Shown here: positions 1 to 12,547 of the stretch, piece after piece
Position numbering within the stretch: the stretch's first letter is position 1
Layout: every line of letters begins with the position of its first letter
Assembly (NCBI GenBank): GCA_045576355.1
Contig: JAZNGG010000005.1
Location: 2,419 to 66,418 of the forward strand
Direction of reading: 5' to 3'
From: Bacteroidales bacterium
GTDB lineage: Bacteria > Bacteroidota > Bacteroidia > Bacteroidales > UBA3663
DNA length: 64,000 nucleotides
Position numbers and translations under genes: made by a program
Notes under the pieces: generated by a model
Database searches by the model: none
Told to the model about the DNA's origin: nothing
What the model saw: only the letters and a program-made list of their open reading frames with translations

Positions 1-356
1 GGCATGCAGTTGATGAAGTAGCAGTAGCAGAGTGCCTGATACATGCGTCCGAAGATGGTGGGCTGGCCGGGACAGAGGATTACATCCCACGGCATCACCT
101 TCTGAGAGTAGTCAACGAAGTCGTAATACTCCTCCAACGACTGCACGGGGTTGGTCTTCTTGTCGGGGTTGATACTCTTGCCCTTCTCGATGGCCTCGGT
201 CAGCAGCGATTTCAGTTCGCTGTTCTCCTCTACCATCTGAATCAGTTCCATGGTGGTTTCACTATACCCCTTGTCTTGGTCTTTCTGTTTCACACCGCAT
301 GATGCTAAGCCCACCAAGAGGCAAAGCATCAACATTAGGTTCAATTTCTTTATCAT
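1..356 (-). CDS. Lipoprotein, N-terminus of a phosphatidylserine decarboxylase-like (PSD/PsiD-type) protein; runs off the window
   Basis: Manual translation from ATG at 356 gives MIKKLNLMLMLCLLVGLASC (lipobox LASC), then ...INPDKKTNPVQSLEEYYDFVDY..MPW, matching the N-terminal domain of long bacterial PSD-family proteins. Not in the ORF track because no stop lies in the window. Confidence 0.7.
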   Translation of the reverse strand, partial: MIKKLNLMLMLCLLVGLASCGVKQKDQDKGYSETTMELIQMVEENSELKSLLTEAIEKGKSINPDKKTNPVQSLEEYYDFVDYSQKVMPWDVILCPGQPTIFGRMYQALCYCYFINCM

Positions 357-380
357 AATTGTAATAATATTGTCAATCCA

Positions 381-1619
381 TTAAAACTCTACTTTCTCTC
401 CTCGCTTCATCCGCTCGCGCATCTCCGAGGCAATGGTGAACATCGCATCACCGCTGGAGTTGAGGGCGGTTTCTATAGAGTCCTGTACCACACCGATGAT
501 GAAGCCTACCGCCACCACCTGCATAGCCACATCGCCCGAGATGCCGAAGAGTGAGCATGCCATAGGTATCAGCAACAGCGAACCGCCAGCCACGCCCGAT
601 GTGCCACAGGCACCCAAGGTGGCAATGATGCTGAGCAGCAAGGCACTCGCAAATGAGATGTCGACTCCCAAGGTATAGCAGGTGGCGAGGGTCATCACGG
701 TAATGGTGATGGCCGCACCGTCCATATTGATAATGCTGCCAAGCGGGATGCTCACCGAATAGAAGTCCTTGTCAATGCCCATGCGCTTGCACAGCTCCAT
801 ATTCACCGGGATATTGGCTGCCGAAGAGCGGGTAAAGAATGCACTCACTGCGCTCTCCTTCAGGCAACGCCACACCAATGGATAGGGGTTGCGTCGGAGC
901 ATACAGCCCACGATGATAGGGTTGAGCACGAGTGATACCAGCAGCATACAGCCCACCAGCAGCAACAGCAGTTTGCCGTAGGTGGTAAAGATTTCCAAAC
1001 CACTCTGCGATACGGAGGTATAGACCAAACCGAGAATACCGAACGGGGCACATTGGATAATCCACGCCACCACCTTCGACACAGCATCGGCCCATTGGCG
1101 GAGGCTACCGATGGTCTGTTCGCTTGCCACCATCTTCAATGCTATACCGATGACTACCGCCCAGAAGAGGATACTCAGGTAGTTGGCATTGGCTATGGCG
1201 GTGACGGGGTTGCTCATCACGCTGCCGACAATGTTGCGGAACACATCGCCCAACGCTCCCGGCGCACTACCCGAAGCACCCTGCACATCGGCCAAGGCTA
1301 TTCCCACAGGAAAGAGGAAACTAGCTACTACAGCCACTACGGCTGCCATCAGCGTGGTGAGCATATAGAGGGTGATGACAGTGCGGAAGCGGCTACCCAG
1401 CCCGGCACGAGCCGTTGCCACCGACGAGGTAACAAGCACGGCCACCAATACGGGTGCCATCGCCTTGAGTGCCCCCACAAAGAGGTCGCCCAACAGGGAT
1501 ATTGCACTAATGCCCGGCACGGTCAGTGCCAGCACGGAGCCTGCAACGATGCCGACGAAGATACGCAGCATCAAATTGGTCTGCTGCCACGCACCGATGA
1601 TAGCCTTCAGCGTTTTCAT
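381..1619 (-). CDS. sstT: Serine/threonine:Na+ symporter (DAACS family)
   Basis: Motifs FFTRSSAANIPVN, SIPLGSIINMDGAA, GVAGGSLLLIP and QDSIETALNSS. Confidence 0.93.
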   Translation of the reverse strand: MKTLKAIIGAWQQTNLMLRIFVGIVAGSVLALTVPGISAISLLGDLFVGALKAMAPVLVAVLVTSSVATARAGLGSRFRTVITLYMLTTLMAAVVAVVASFLFPVGIALADVQGASGSAPGALGDVFRNIVGSVMSNPVTAIANANYLSILFWAVVIGIALKMVASEQTIGSLRQWADAVSKVVAWIIQCAPFGILGLVYTSVSQSGLEIFTTYGKLLLLLVGCMLLVSLVLNPIIVGCMLRRNPYPLVWRCLKESAVSAFFTRSSAANIPVNMELCKRMGIDKDFYSVSIPLGSIINMDGAAITITVMTLATCYTLGVDISFASALLLSIIATLGACGTSGVAGGSLLLIPMACSLFGISGDVAMQVVAVGFIIGVVQDSIETALNSSGDAMFTIASEMRERMKRGEKVEF

Positions 1620-1653
1620 AGTCTCATGATAACAAGAATTTTTATGTGAGTGG

Positions 1654-1731
1654 CAAAAGTACCTAAATCTATTCTGACTAAGAAATTTTCATTGTTGCAA
1701 TTTTACAAAACTTCGTTGCAATTTTACAAAA
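1654..1731 (-). promoter_or_regulatory. sstT promoter with an upstream 17-bp direct repeat
   Basis: Bacteroidetes -7 box TACTTTTG on the minus strand at 1654-1661. GTTGCAATTTTACAAAA occurs at 1694-1710 and 1715-1731 (21-bp period). Confidence 0.65.
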
Positions 1732-1773
1732 AAGAGGAAATCGCCCCTTTTATCAAAGAAATTGGGGATTTTG

Positions 1774-2829
1774 CTATTTCAGGTTATCAACGAATTCAGT
1801 CGGGGTCATTCCTGTGATTTTCTGAAAGTTTCTCCATGCGGTGCTTCGCTGACGGTAACCGACATAGTTGAAAAGTTCATGAATATCTGCCTTTGGATTA
1901 TCTTTCATTCTGGCCATGACATAGTCGATACGACGTTTGGTCATATACTCGACAAAAGTCATTCCTGTGTTTTGTTTGAAGGCTTCTCCTATATATGTAC
2001 GGTTTGAATCCAGCAGTTCTGACAGAGAACTAAGGCTCAGATTCGGATCTCTCCACTTCTCATTGTTGTCCAATAAAAGGGTTATCTCTCCCCAAAGACC
2101 ATCTTCTGTGGAGTCGCAATCGCAGGACTCTTCCTGTTTCAGGGCTGCCTGCGGTACAAGCAGACGCTCTCTCAACTCATACCAAACCACAGACAGGAAG
2201 AATGATATCCACACAATCTGATGGGCAAGCACGAGAAAATAGGCGTGAAACATCTGTATGGCGAAATGAAGCAGACCAATCAGGCAGAATCCGCAGGAGT
2301 AGAACGTTATGAACCTCTTGTCGGCGCTGCTCTTCCGCCAGTCATATGGCACAAGAAAAAGAGAGAAACAATAGAACAACATCACCATAAGTGAGAACAG
2401 TCGGAACCATACATTAAATTTTCCGATATGCCGCCACAGGTCTGCATAAGTATATATAGGAGTATATTCAATGCCGGCACACATTCCCATAGCAACCAAC
2501 AATATCAGAGGAGTAAACAGAAGCGCATAAACCCTGGCTCTGCTGATTGTCGGGCGGATTACCTCAAGTGGATACAGGAAAAATGCCATCTGTATGAGAA
2601 TCGGCACAAAGGTATGCTCCGGCTCGAAGAATGCTCCGTCAGCCGTTGTGGTCTCCTGCCACGTACGCATGATGAATGTCAGAGCAAAGAACGCCGAGAA
2701 CCAGCTGAATACGGCCCATATGATACGTGAATAATCTCCTGTTTCCTTTCGACGTTTCCACAGAAGAACACCACTGGTGACAAAAGTAACGGTCATAAAA
2801 GCCAAAAGAATAGTTGCTGTGTATTTCAT
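1774..2829 (-). CDS. Membrane-anchored AraC-family regulator
   Basis: Several N-terminal TM segments and a C-terminal AraC HTH (WRDPNLSLSSL..SNRTYI..F...TGMTF..VGY..RNFQKITGMTP). Confidence 0.88.
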   Translation of the reverse strand: MKYTATILLAFMTVTFVTSGVLLWKRRKETGDYSRIIWAVFSWFSAFFALTFIMRTWQETTTADGAFFEPEHTFVPILIQMAFFLYPLEVIRPTISRARVYALLFTPLILLVAMGMCAGIEYTPIYTYADLWRHIGKFNVWFRLFSLMVMLFYCFSLFLVPYDWRKSSADKRFITFYSCGFCLIGLLHFAIQMFHAYFLVLAHQIVWISFFLSVVWYELRERLLVPQAALKQEESCDCDSTEDGLWGEITLLLDNNEKWRDPNLSLSSLSELLDSNRTYIGEAFKQNTGMTFVEYMTKRRIDYVMARMKDNPKADIHELFNYVGYRQRSTAWRNFQKITGMTPTEFVDNLK

Positions 2830-2920
2830 AGGCTGTATGTCATTGAATAACTGTTCATTCTTTTTTATTAGGGCATATCGTATCGTGTCGTGTGTGCCGC
2901 TACCGTCGGATACGTATTTA

Positions 2921-3423
2921 ATGTGAGTTCGATGAATTTTAATTATCTGTAAATTTGGTGATTAGCGAAAATTATTGTATCTTTATAGTGTCAATTACAA
3001 AGAATTACAAATAATAATCGCTATGCTCACCGCGGACAAAGTTACAGAATTATTCTGTATGGCAGATGATTTCAGCAAGTTTTTTGATAAGATGACAGCA
3101 AAATATACGCTGAAAAGAGAAAACAAACGCCCATATCATCGTATACAGCTCATAACCAAGCAGAAAAGTAATATGAAAGGAGCATTGATGAGCGTTTCGG
3201 ACAAATTATTGTTACGTAAAAGGGCTATCATTGAAACTGTTAATGGTGAACTCAAGAATATTGCACAAGTGGAGCACTCAAGACATCGCTGCTTTGAAAA
3301 ATATATCGTAAACATGTTGGGAGCTATTGCCGCATATTGTATGTTTCCGAAAAAGCCGTGTATCAATGTACAAAGGACATTAGATACACAGCTTACTCTA
3401 TTTTGAATTCGTCGAACTCACGT
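2921..3423 (+). mobile_element. Internally deleted IS982-family element (503 bp)
   Basis: Terminal inverted repeats ATGTGAGTTCGATGAATT (2921-2938) and AATTCGTCGAACTCACGT (3406-3423). TATTTA target duplication at 2915-2920 and 3424-3429. Confidence 0.88.
3023..3406 (+). pseudogene. IS982-family transposase with the catalytic core deleted in frame
   Basis: The N-terminus (DKVTELFCMADDF) is joined directly to the C-terminus (LLRKRAIIETVNGELKNIAQVEHSRHR). About 127 aa versus roughly 300 aa for intact members. Confidence 0.85.
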
Positions 3424-3539
3424 TATTTAGTGTGGGTAAGCAAAAAGATTCCATCGCCATCTGCCGGCATTAGGCGATGCCCCTAAACCCTAAAAATTCT
3501 AAACCCCAAAACCATCAGCCATCATCGCCCTAATCACAA

Positions 3540-3572
3540 AAAAAGGCTGCGCCAAAATATTGACACAGCCTT
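3540..3572 (-). terminator. rpoC terminator / REP-like palindrome
   Basis: AAGGCTGCGCCAA..TTGACACAGCCTT stem, followed by a T-run on the minus strand. Confidence 0.7.
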
Positions 3573-3607
3573 CATATTAAAAGGATAATAGATTCTATTT
3601 AGAGGAA

Positions 3608-6600
3608 TCAGAACTCAAGGTTCTTGCGCGGTGCAGTAAACACTCTATTGAACTCGTCTCTACTTCCGACAAGCAACTTGTCAAATTCACGCTGGCCTGT
3701 ACCGGCAGGGATCAAGTGACCGCAGATAACGTTCTCCTTCATACCCTCCAAGAGGTCTTCCTTGCCCAAGATAGCAGCCTCGTTGAGGACCTTGGTAGTC
3801 TCCTGGAATGATGCTGCAGACATGAAGCTGTTTGTACCCAACGCTGCACGAGTGATACCCTGAAGGATCTGTTCGCAAGTAGCCGGAACGGCATCACGAA
3901 CTTCAACCAACTTCTTGTCACGACGCTTCAACAATGAATTTTCATCGCGGAGACGACGAGCAGTAATAATCATACCGGGCTTAAGTTCGGCAGAATCTCC
4001 AGCCTTGAGGACAACCTTCATGCCCCAAATGCGATCATTCTCTGCTGCAAAGTTCAACTTGTCAACAACCTGTGACTCCAAGAAACGGGTGTCACCGGGG
4101 TTCTGAACAATAACCTTGCGCATCATCTGACGAACAATGACCTCAAAGTGCTTGTCGTTGATCTTCACACCCTGCAGACGGTACACGTCTTGTATTTCAT
4201 TGACAATGTACTCCTGTACGGCAGTCGGACCCAAGATAGACAAGATGTCGCTGGGCGTAATCGCACCATCAGAAAGTGGCATACCTGCACGAACGTAATC
4301 ATTCTCCTGTACGAGCAACTGCTTAGCAAGCGGAATAAGGTACTTGCGCTCCTGACCAAACTTGTTAGTGACAGAAACCTCACGGTTACCACGTTTGATC
4401 TTACCAAACGTTACCTCACCATCGATCTCTGTTACGACAGCCGGGTTAGAAGGATTACGAGCCTCAAACAACTCGGTCACACGCGGGAGACCTCCGGTGA
4501 TGTCACCGGCTTTGCTGCTGGCACGGTTGATCTTAACCAAGATGGCACCTGCATTGATCTCTTCGCCTTCTGACACCATGATGTGTGCACCGACAGGCAA
4601 TGTATAGGAGCGGAGGACGGTGCCTTCGGCATCAACGATTTCGGCAACAGGGGCTACCGAACGGTCCTTAGACTCGATTACGATCTTCTCTTCAAGACCG
4701 GTCGCATCATCGACCTCAGACTTATAGGTAATGCCCTCGACAACGTTCTTGAATGTTACTTTACCGGAAACTTCGCAGACGATTACCGCATTGAACGGGT
4801 CCCACTCACAGATCAAGTCACCTTTCTTTAAGGTTGCTCCATTCTCAACGAAGAGTTTAGAACCATAGGCAATGTTGGCTGTGGTAAGTACCATACCGGT
4901 GTGAGGATCATCGATGTGCATTTCTGCCATACGACTGACAACAACTTTATAACCCTCGTTAGTATCAATAGTACGCAACTCGTCAATGGTAATGACACCA
5001 TCATAGCCGGACTTCAAGTTGGAAACCGCTACTGCAGCAGAGGCAATACCACCGGCGTGGAATGTACGGAGTGTCAACTGAGTACCGGGCTCACCGATGG
5101 ACTGAGCGGCAATGACTCCGACAGCCTCACCCTTCTGAACCATGCGGTTAGTAGAAAGGTTGCGACCATAACACTTGGCACAAACACCATGTTTGGATTC
5201 GCAAGTGAGTACCGAACGGATCTCAACCTGCTCAATCGGAGACTGCTCGATCTTATCTGCGATGCGCTCTGTGATCTCCTCTCCGGCTGCAATAATGAGC
5301 TCGCCGGTGATGGGGTGAATAATGTCATGAACTGAGACACGACCCAGGATGCGCTCTTTGAGAGTAGCAACCACTTCGTCATTATTCTTCAACTCAGTGC
5401 ATACCAAGCCGCGAAGCGTACCACAGTCTTCTTCACGAATAATCACATCGTGCGCCACATCGACCAAACGACGAGTCAAGTAACCGGCATCGGCAGTCTT
5501 CAAGGCAGTATCGGCAAGACCCTTACGAGCACCGTGTGTAGAGATAAAGTACTCTAACGCAGACATACCCTCCTTAAAGTTAGCCAAGATCGGGTTCTCG
5601 ATGATCTGTGCACCCTCTGCACCGGCTTTCTGAGGCTTGGCCATCAAACCACGCATACCGGAAAGCTGTGCAATCTGCTCTTTAGAACCACGGGCACCTG
5701 AGTCCATCATCATATAAATGGAGTTGAAGCCCTGATTCTCCTCAGCAAGTTGTTTCATCAAGACTTTGGTCAAATTGGTATTGACAGAAGACCAAACGTC
5801 AATGACCTTATTATAACGCTCGTTGTTGGTGATCCAACCGTTGTTATAGTCATCCATGATGGCATCTACGTCAGCATGACCTTTATTGATAAGCTCAGTC
5901 TTCTCTTCCGGCACAAGAACATCGCCAAGGTTGAATGAAAGACCGGCTTTAAATGCCTCATAGTAACCCAAGTTCTTAACATCATCCAGGAAGTTGGCTG
6001 TACGAGGAATACCACAATATTTGATCACGTCTGTGATGACATTGCGAAGAGACTTCTTGGTGATAACCTCATTGACATATCCCACTTCGGAGGGCACTTT
6101 CTGATTGAAAATAAGACGACCCACAGAGGTTTCTACCAACTGCTTGATCGGACGACGTGCATCATTTACATCCACAGTATCAACAAGACACTTAATGATG
6201 GCGTGCATCGTACATTTACCCTCGTTGAAGGCAATCATAGCCTCTTCCGGACCATAGAATGTCAAGCCCTCACCCTTATCTCCACGACGGAGCTTGGTGA
6301 TGTAATAAAGACCCAACACCATGTCCTGAGAAGGAACGGTAATCGGAGCACCGTTGGCAGGATTCAAAATGTTATGCGAACCAAGCATCAAAATCTGAGC
6401 TTCGAGGATCGCAGCATTGCCCAACGGAAGGTGAACGGCCATCTGGTCACCATCGAAGTCCGCATTGAACGCGGTACATGCCAATGGGTGCAACTGAATG
6501 GCCTTGCCCTCGATCATCCTGGGCTGGAAAGCCTGAATACCCAAACGGTGGAGTGTCGGGGCACGGTTTAAGAGCACCGGGTGACCCTTCATCACCAACT

Positions 6601-7876
6601 CAAGGATATCCCATACTACGGGCTCCTTCTTATCGACAATTTTCTTGGCAGACTTAACGGTCTTGACAATACCACGTTCGATAAGTTTGCGGATGATAAA
6701 CGGTTTATATAGTTCGGCTGCCATCAATTTGGGCAAACCACATTCATTCATCTTCAATTCAGGACCTACAACGATCACCGAACGAGCAGAATAATCGACA
6801 CGCTTACCGAGCAAGTTCTGACGGAAACGACCCTGCTTACCCTTCAACGAGTCTGAGAGAGACTTCAACGGACGATTGGCCTCAGACTTAACGGCACTGG
6901 CCTTACGACTGTTGTCGAAAAGTGAGTCAACAGCCTCCTGAAGCATACGTTTCTCATTGCGAAGGATAACCTCAGGAGCCTTAATCTCAATGAGTCGTTT
7001 CAGACGGTTATTACGGATAATAACGCGACGATAAAGATCATTGAGGTCAGATGTGGCAAAACGACCACCATCCAGCGGCACCAAAGGACGTAGTTCCGGA
7101 GGAGTAACAGGAAGGATCTTCATGATCATCCACTCCGGATTATTACGCTCCTTAGCCGAACGGAAAGACTCTACAACCTGAAGGCGCTTCAATGCCTCAG
7201 TCTTGCGCTGAACAGAACCCTCCTGGTTGGCACGATCACGAAGTTCGTAAGAAAGTGTATCAAGATCGACCTGCTTGAGGAGCTCATAAATAGCTTCAGC
7301 ACCCATGCGAGCGATGAACTTGTTCGGATCATCATCCGGCAGAGCCTGATTCTTCTCTCCTACTTTTTCGAGATACTCGAGATATTCGTCCTCCGAAAGT
7401 GTATCGAGTTTCTGAACACCCATGGATTTCTCCAATATACCGGGCTGCAAGACTACATAACGCTCATAGTAAATAACCGAATCAAGTTTCTTAGTAGGCA
7501 TACCAAGAAGATATCCGATCTTATTAGGCAATGAACGGAAATACCAAATGTGAGCTACCGGCACAACCAACTGGATGTGACCACAACGCTCGCGACGTAC
7601 TTTCTTCTCTGTAACTTCTACACCACAACGATCACAAACAATACCTTTATAACGGATGCGTTTATATTTACCGCAATGGCATTCATAATCTTTTACAGGC
7701 CCGAAGATCCGTTCACAGAAGAGACCGTCTCGCTCGGGCTTGTAAGTACGATAGTTAATAGTCTCCGGCTTAAGTACTTCGCCGTAGGAGTTTTCAAGGA
7801 TCTCCTCAGGAGAAGCCAAACCGATACTAATCTTGGTAAAGTTGGTCTTTTTGTTATTATCTTTTCTAAAAGCCAT
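3608..7876 (-). CDS. rpoC: RNA polymerase beta' subunit
   Basis: [12 protein letters not shown] catalytic motif and N-terminal zinc finger; 1422 aa. Confidence 0.99.
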   Translation of the reverse strand: MAFRKDNNKKTNFTKISIGLASPEEILENSYGEVLKPETINYRTYKPERDGLFCERIFGPVKDYECHCGKYKRIRYKGIVCDRCGVEVTEKKVRRERCGHIQLVVPVAHIWYFRSLPNKIGYLLGMPTKKLDSVIYYERYVVLQPGILEKSMGVQKLDTLSEDEYLEYLEKVGEKNQALPDDDPNKFIARMGAEAIYELLKQVDLDTLSYELRDRANQEGSVQRKTEALKRLQVVESFRSAKERNNPEWMIMKILPVTPPELRPLVPLDGGRFATSDLNDLYRRVIIRNNRLKRLIEIKAPEVILRNEKRMLQEAVDSLFDNSRKASAVKSEANRPLKSLSDSLKGKQGRFRQNLLGKRVDYSARSVIVVGPELKMNECGLPKLMAAELYKPFIIRKLIERGIVKTVKSAKKIVDKKEPVVWDILELVMKGHPVLLNRAPTLHRLGIQAFQPRMIEGKAIQLHPLACTAFNADFDGDQMAVHLPLGNAAILEAQILMLGSHNILNPANGAPITVPSQDMVLGLYYITKLRRGDKGEGLTFYGPEEAMIAFNEGKCTMHAIIKCLVDTVDVNDARRPIKQLVETSVGRLIFNQKVPSEVGYVNEVITKKSLRNVITDVIKYCGIPRTANFLDDVKNLGYYEAFKAGLSFNLGDVLVPEEKTELINKGHADVDAIMDDYNNGWITNNERYNKVIDVWSSVNTNLTKVLMKQLAEENQGFNSIYMMMDSGARGSKEQIAQLSGMRGLMAKPQKAGAEGAQIIENPILANFKEGMSALEYFISTHGARKGLADTALKTADAGYLTRRLVDVAHDVIIREEDCGTLRGLVCTELKNNDEVVATLKERILGRVSVHDIIHPITGELIIAAGEEITERIADKIEQSPIEQVEIRSVLTCESKHGVCAKCYGRNLSTNRMVQKGEAVGVIAAQSIGEPGTQLTLRTFHAGGIASAAVAVSNLKSGYDGVITIDELRTIDTNEGYKVVVSRMAEMHIDDPHTGMVLTTANIAYGSKLFVENGATLKKGDLICEWDPFNAVIVCEVSGKVTFKNVVEGITYKSEVDDATGLEEKIVIESKDRSVAPVAEIVDAEGTVLRSYTLPVGAHIMVSEGEEINAGAILVKINRASSKAGDITGGLPRVTELFEARNPSNPAVVTEIDGEVTFGKIKRGNREVSVTNKFGQERKYLIPLAKQLLVQENDYVRAGMPLSDGAITPSDILSILGPTAVQEYIVNEIQDVYRLQGVKINDKHFEVIVRQMMRKVIVQNPGDTRFLESQVVDKLNFAAENDRIWGMKVVLKAGDSAELKPGMIITARRLRDENSLLKRRDKKLVEVRDAVPATCEQILQGITRAALGTNSFMSAASFQETTKVLNEAAILGKEDLLEGMKENVICGHLIPAGTGQREFDKLLVGSRDEFNRVFTAPRKNLEF

Positions 7877-7975
7877 AGCTTTATATTTTTGATTACAAAA
7901 TTACTAATTACTAATACTATCCTGCCCCCTGACAATCTGCCCGCAAGGCTGATCGTCAAGAGACAAAATTAGTAA

Positions 7976-10900
7976 TTATTCCAAGCGTACACTCAAACCG
8001 AGACCCTTCAACTCATGAAGAAGCACATTGAGAGACTCCGGCAAACCGGGTGTCGGCATATTATCGCCTTTCACAATTGCTTCGTAAGTCTTAGAGCGTC
8101 CGACAACATCGTCAGACTTCACGGTCAAAATCTCCTGAAGAATATGGGCAGCACCGAATGCTTCAAGCGCCCAAACCTCCATTTCTCCGAAACGCTGACC
8201 ACCAAATTGAGCCTTACCACCCAATGGCTGCTGTGTGATGAGAGAGTATGGACCGATGGAACGGGCATGCATCTTATCCTCTACCATGTGACCAAGCTTC
8301 AACATATAGGTAACACCGACTGTTGCCATCTGATCAAACGGCTCTCCGGTACCACCATCATAAAGCTGGGTCTTGCCATAACGTGGAAGACCGGCCTTAT
8401 CTGTCCAAGCATTCAAATCATCAAGACTTGCACCATCGAAAATTGGAGTTGCAAACTTCTCGCCAAGTTCATATCCGGACCAACCTAATACAGCTTCGAA
8501 TATCTGACCAAGGTTCATACGAGAAGGCACACCTAACGGGTTCAAGACAATATCCATCGGTGTTCCGTCTGCCATAAACGGCATATCTGCATCGCGGACA
8601 ACCTTAGAGACAATACCCTTATTACCGTGACGACCCGCCATCTTATCACCGACACCGATCTTACGTTTCTTAGCAATATAAACCTTAGCCAATTTGATGA
8701 TACCTGACGGCAACTCATCTCCGATAGAGAGATCAAACTTCTTACGACGAAGTTCTGCATCGATCTCTTTAGACTTGCGCAGATAGTTCATAATAGTGGA
8801 CTGAATCATATCATTGATATGCTCATCTGTCGTCCACTTGCTAACCTGAACAGTGCTATAGTCAATATTAGAAAGAGCTCCTATAGTAAATTGCGCACCT
8901 TTGGAAACGACATCCACACCCAAGAAATCTTTAACTCCTAAAGAGGTTTGTCCCTCTGTCAAAGTCATCAATTTATTGAGAAGGATTTTCTTAAGTTCCT
9001 CTTGTCTGTCTGAGTACTCACCCTCCAAAATCGGCATTTGTGCCTTTTCTGCCAATTTAGCCTTGCGATCTTTAATAGAACGAGAATAAAGAGCGGTATC
9101 GACAACAACACCCTTTAATGAAGGATTAGCTTTGAGAGAGGCATCCTTAACATCTCCTGCCTTATCACCGAAGATCGCACGAAGCAATTTCTCTTCAGGT
9201 GAAGGATCTGACTCACCCTTAGGTGTAATCTTACCAATGAGGATATCACCCGGCTCAATAAGTGCACCGATACGTACAATACCACGCTCGTCCAAATCTT
9301 TTGTAGCATCTTCGGAAACGTTCGGAATATCAGAGGTCAATTCCTCCATACCACGTTTAGTCTCACGTACTTCCAAAGAATACTCGTCAACATGGACAGA
9401 AGTCAAAATATCTTCACGAACTACACGCTCGCTAAGTACAATAGCATCCTCATAGTTATAACCCTTCCAAGGCATATAGGCTACGCGGAGGTTCTTACCG
9501 ATGGCAAGTTCTCCTCCTTCTGTAGAGTAACCTCTTGTCAGGATTTCTCCCTCTTTCACACGCTGACCTTTCTTGCAGTTAGGTTGCAAGTCGTAGGTAG
9601 TGCTCTGGTTGGTTTTTCTCCACTTCGGAAGGTAATACTCCTTAACAGCAGTGTCAAATGAGCAGAACTCTTCATCTTCTGTACGATCATAGCGGATGCG
9701 GATAACAGTAGCGTCAACAAACTCAACCACACCATCACCCTCAGCTATAATCTGAGTGCGAGAATCACGAACCAATTGAGCCTCGATACCCGTACCAACA
9801 ATCGGAGATTCACATGTCATCAACGGCACAGCCTGACGCATCATGTTAGATCCCATGAGTGCACGGTGGGCATCATCATGCTCCAAGAAAGGAATAAGAG
9901 CAGCAGCAATAGAGGCAATCTGATTAGGCGAAACGTCCATCAAGTTAATCTCATCAGGAGCAACAACAGGGAAGTCTGCACCTTCACGAGCTTTAACACG
10001 CTTTTCTACAAAAGTACCATCATCGTTAAGAGGAGCATTACCTTGAGCAATCAGCATACCTTCCTCCATCTCTGCGCTTGTATATTGGATACCTTCATCT
10101 GTAAGATCTACCTTACCATCGGTTACGACGCGATAAGGAGTCTCAATAAATCCTAAATCATTAACCTTAGCATATACACACATCGAAGAAATAAGACCGA
10201 TGTTCGGACCTTCCGGAGACTCGATCGGACAAAGACGACCATAGTGCGTATAGTGCACGTCACGCACCTCAAAGCCGGCACGTTCACGGCTCAAACCACC
10301 AGGACCAAGGGCAGACATACGACGTTTATGAGTAATCTCTGCCAATGGATTGGTCTGATCCATAAATTGAGACAATGCATTGGTACCAAAGAAAGAGTTG
10401 ATCACCGAAGAAATGGTCTTAGCATTGATCAAATCAATCGGAGTAAACACCTCATTGTCGCGAACGTTCATGCGTTCACGAATAGTACGGCTCATACGAG
10501 CCAAACCGATACCAAACTGTGTATAAAGCTGCTCACCAACAGTACGCACACGACGATTAGAAAGGTGATCAATGTCATCCACATCGGCTTTTGAGTTGAT
10601 CAACTCGATCAAATAGCGGATGATAGCAATGATATCCTCTTTGGTCAATACACGAACATCGGGAGAAATCGGCAAATTAAATTTACGATTGACACGATAG
10701 CGACCTACGTCACCCAAGTCATATCGTTTTTCAGAGAAGAACAAATTCAGAATCACTTCGCGTGCAGAAGCCTCATCTGCCGGCTCAGCATTACGAAGCT
10801 GACGATAAATATGAATTACAGCCTCTTTTTCCGAATTGGTTGGATCTTTCTGAAGGGTATTATATATGATAGCATAGTCTTCGAGTTTGACATCCTCACG

Positions 10901-11797
10901 CTGAAGGAGAACTGTCTCAACACCAGACTCGACGATCAAATCTATTACATTTTCGTCAACAACAACTTCACGATCTACTTTAATCTCGTGACGTTCAATA
11001 GAAACTACCTCACCGGTATCCTCATCAACGAAATCCTCGACCCAAGACTTCAAAACACGAGCAGCAAGTTTGCGGCCCAAACAGTTTTGCAATTCATCTC
11101 GTGTCGCATTAACAACTTCTGCAAGACCAAAAATGGCTAAAATATCTTTATCACTTTCAAATCCTATCGCACGAAGTAAAGTAGTGACAGGCAACTTTTT
11201 CTTTCGATCGATATAAGCATACATGACATTATTGATGTCTGTAGCAAACTCAATCCAAGAACCCTTAAATGGGATAATACGCGCCGAATAAAGCTTTGTT
11301 CCGTTTGTATGCAGGCTCTGTCCGAAGAATACACCAGGCGAACGATGCAGCTGAGAAACAACAACACGTTCTGCACCATTGATAACGAACGTTCCTGACG
11401 GTGTCATATATGGTATCTGACCAAGGTAGACATCCTGAACTACAGTATCAAACTCCTCATGATCCGGATCGGTACAATATAATTTCAACTTTGCCTTCAA
11501 GGGGACACAATAAGTCAACCCTCTCAACAAACACTCTTCGATGGTGTAGCGTGGAGGATCAACAAAATAGTCCAAAAACTCCAGGACAAAGTTGTTACGA
11601 GTATCAGCTATTGGGAAATTTTCTGCGAAAACCTTGTAAAGGCCCTCATTCTTTCTCTCTTCCGGTGGGGTGTCAAGTTGCAAGAAATCACGAAAAGACT
11701 TAAGCTGAATGTCAAGAAAATCAGGATAAGCCAAAGGACTCTTGATTGATGCGAAATTTACTCTTGGTTTTTGGATACCAGAAACAATTTTTGACAT
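7976..11797 (-). CDS. rpoB: RNA polymerase beta subunit
   Basis: Motifs [12 protein letters not shown] and [17 protein letters not shown] at 11797 preferred over the longer ORF start. Confidence 0.99.
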   Translation of the reverse strand: MSKIVSGIQKPRVNFASIKSPLAYPDFLDIQLKSFRDFLQLDTPPEERKNEGLYKVFAENFPIADTRNNFVLEFLDYFVDPPRYTIEECLLRGLTYCVPLKAKLKLYCTDPDHEEFDTVVQDVYLGQIPYMTPSGTFVINGAERVVVSQLHRSPGVFFGQSLHTNGTKLYSARIIPFKGSWIEFATDINNVMYAYIDRKKKLPVTTLLRAIGFESDKDILAIFGLAEVVNATRDELQNCLGRKLAARVLKSWVEDFVDEDTGEVVSIERHEIKVDREVVVDENVIDLIVESGVETVLLQREDVKLEDYAIIYNTLQKDPTNSEKEAVIHIYRQLRNAEPADEASAREVILNLFFSEKRYDLGDVGRYRVNRKFNLPISPDVRVLTKEDIIAIIRYLIELINSKADVDDIDHLSNRRVRTVGEQLYTQFGIGLARMSRTIRERMNVRDNEVFTPIDLINAKTISSVINSFFGTNALSQFMDQTNPLAEITHKRRMSALGPGGLSRERAGFEVRDVHYTHYGRLCPIESPEGPNIGLISSMCVYAKVNDLGFIETPYRVVTDGKVDLTDEGIQYTSAEMEEGMLIAQGNAPLNDDGTFVEKRVKAREGADFPVVAPDEINLMDVSPNQIASIAAALIPFLEHDDAHRALMGSNMMRQAVPLMTCESPIVGTGIEAQLVRDSRTQIIAEGDGVVEFVDATVIRIRYDRTEDEEFCSFDTAVKEYYLPKWRKTNQSTTYDLQPNCKKGQRVKEGEILTRGYSTEGGELAIGKNLRVAYMPWKGYNYEDAIVLSERVVREDILTSVHVDEYSLEVRETKRGMEELTSDIPNVSEDATKDLDERGIVRIGALIEPGDILIGKITPKGESDPSPEEKLLRAIFGDKAGDVKDASLKANPSLKGVVVDTALYSRSIKDRKAKLAEKAQMPILEGEYSDRQEELKKILLNKLMTLTEGQTSLGVKDFLGVDVVSKGAQFTIGALSNIDYSTVQVSKWTTDEHINDMIQSTIMNYLRKSKEIDAELRRKKFDLSIGDELPSGIIKLAKVYIAKKRKIGVGDKMAGRHGNKGIVSKVVRDADMPFMADGTPMDIVLNPLGVPSRMNLGQIFEAVLGWSGYELGEKFATPIFDGASLDDLNAWTDKAGLPRYGKTQLYDGGTGEPFDQMATVGVTYMLKLGHMVEDKMHARSIGPYSLITQQPLGGKAQFGGQRFGEMEVWALEAFGAAHILQEILTVKSDDVVGRSKTYEAIVKGDNMPTPGLPESLNVLLHELKGLGLSVRLE

Positions 11798-12032
11798 TAT
11801 ATCTAAAGAATAAAGGTTTGAAATCTTAAGCAAACGGGCAAAATCACACTCTCTAATTAAAGTATAAAAGTCTATTTGCCAACCACATAAGAGCCATTAT
11901 TGAGACTCAGATTTATTATAATTGCTAAGATTCTTGAAGAACTTAGAGAATATGCCCTTTTGCGCAGCGGACAAACGTCTGAGACGGCTGAAAAGGAGAT
12001 AAAAAATCCTTTCAAATAAAATATTTATGCGC

Positions 12033-12067
12033 AAAAAGGTTTAGACCTCACATGGAGATCTAAACCT
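12033..12067 (-). terminator. Terminator/attenuator after rplL
   Basis: AGGTTTAGA..TCTAAACCT stem with a T-run on the minus strand. Confidence 0.7.
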
Positions 12068-12089
12068 GCGAACCTGAAATTCAGGTTAA

Positions 12090-12464
12090 TTACTTAAGTT
12101 CTACAGAAGCACCAGCCTCCTCAAGAGCCTTCTTCAAAGACTCAGCCTCAGCCTTAGAGAGACCCTCCTTAACAGTGCTAGGAGCGCCATCTACGAGATC
12201 CTTAGCCTCTTTCAAACCGAGACCGCAAACTTCCTTAACAGCCTTAACAACCTGAAGCTTTGCAGCACCAGCTGAAGTAAGAACTACATCAAAAGAGGTC
12301 TTCTCCTCAGCAGCAGGAGCTGCTGCAGCAGCCGGACCAGCAACAGCAACAGCTGCAGCTGCAGGCTCGATACCATACTCTTCTTTCAAAATTGTAGCGA
12401 GTTCGTTAACTTCCTTAACTGTAAGGTTTACCAACTCTTCTGCTAATACTTTCAAATCTGCCAT
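12090..12464 (-). CDS. rplL: 50S ribosomal protein L7/L12
   Basis: Ala-rich hinge, EEKTSFDV and [12 protein letters not shown]. Confidence 0.99.
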   Translation of the reverse strand: MADLKVLAEELVNLTVKEVNELATILKEEYGIEPAAAAVAVAGPAAAAAPAAEEKTSFDVVLTSAGAAKLQVVKAVKEVCGLGLKEAKDLVDGAPSTVKEGLSKAEAESLKKALEEAGASVELK

Positions 12465-12547
12465 AATAGTAAGATTTTTAATGTTTATTTGTTTTGATTT
12501 TGTTTTAAAAAGAATGTTACAAGCTATTTATATATCAGGCTGCTTGA

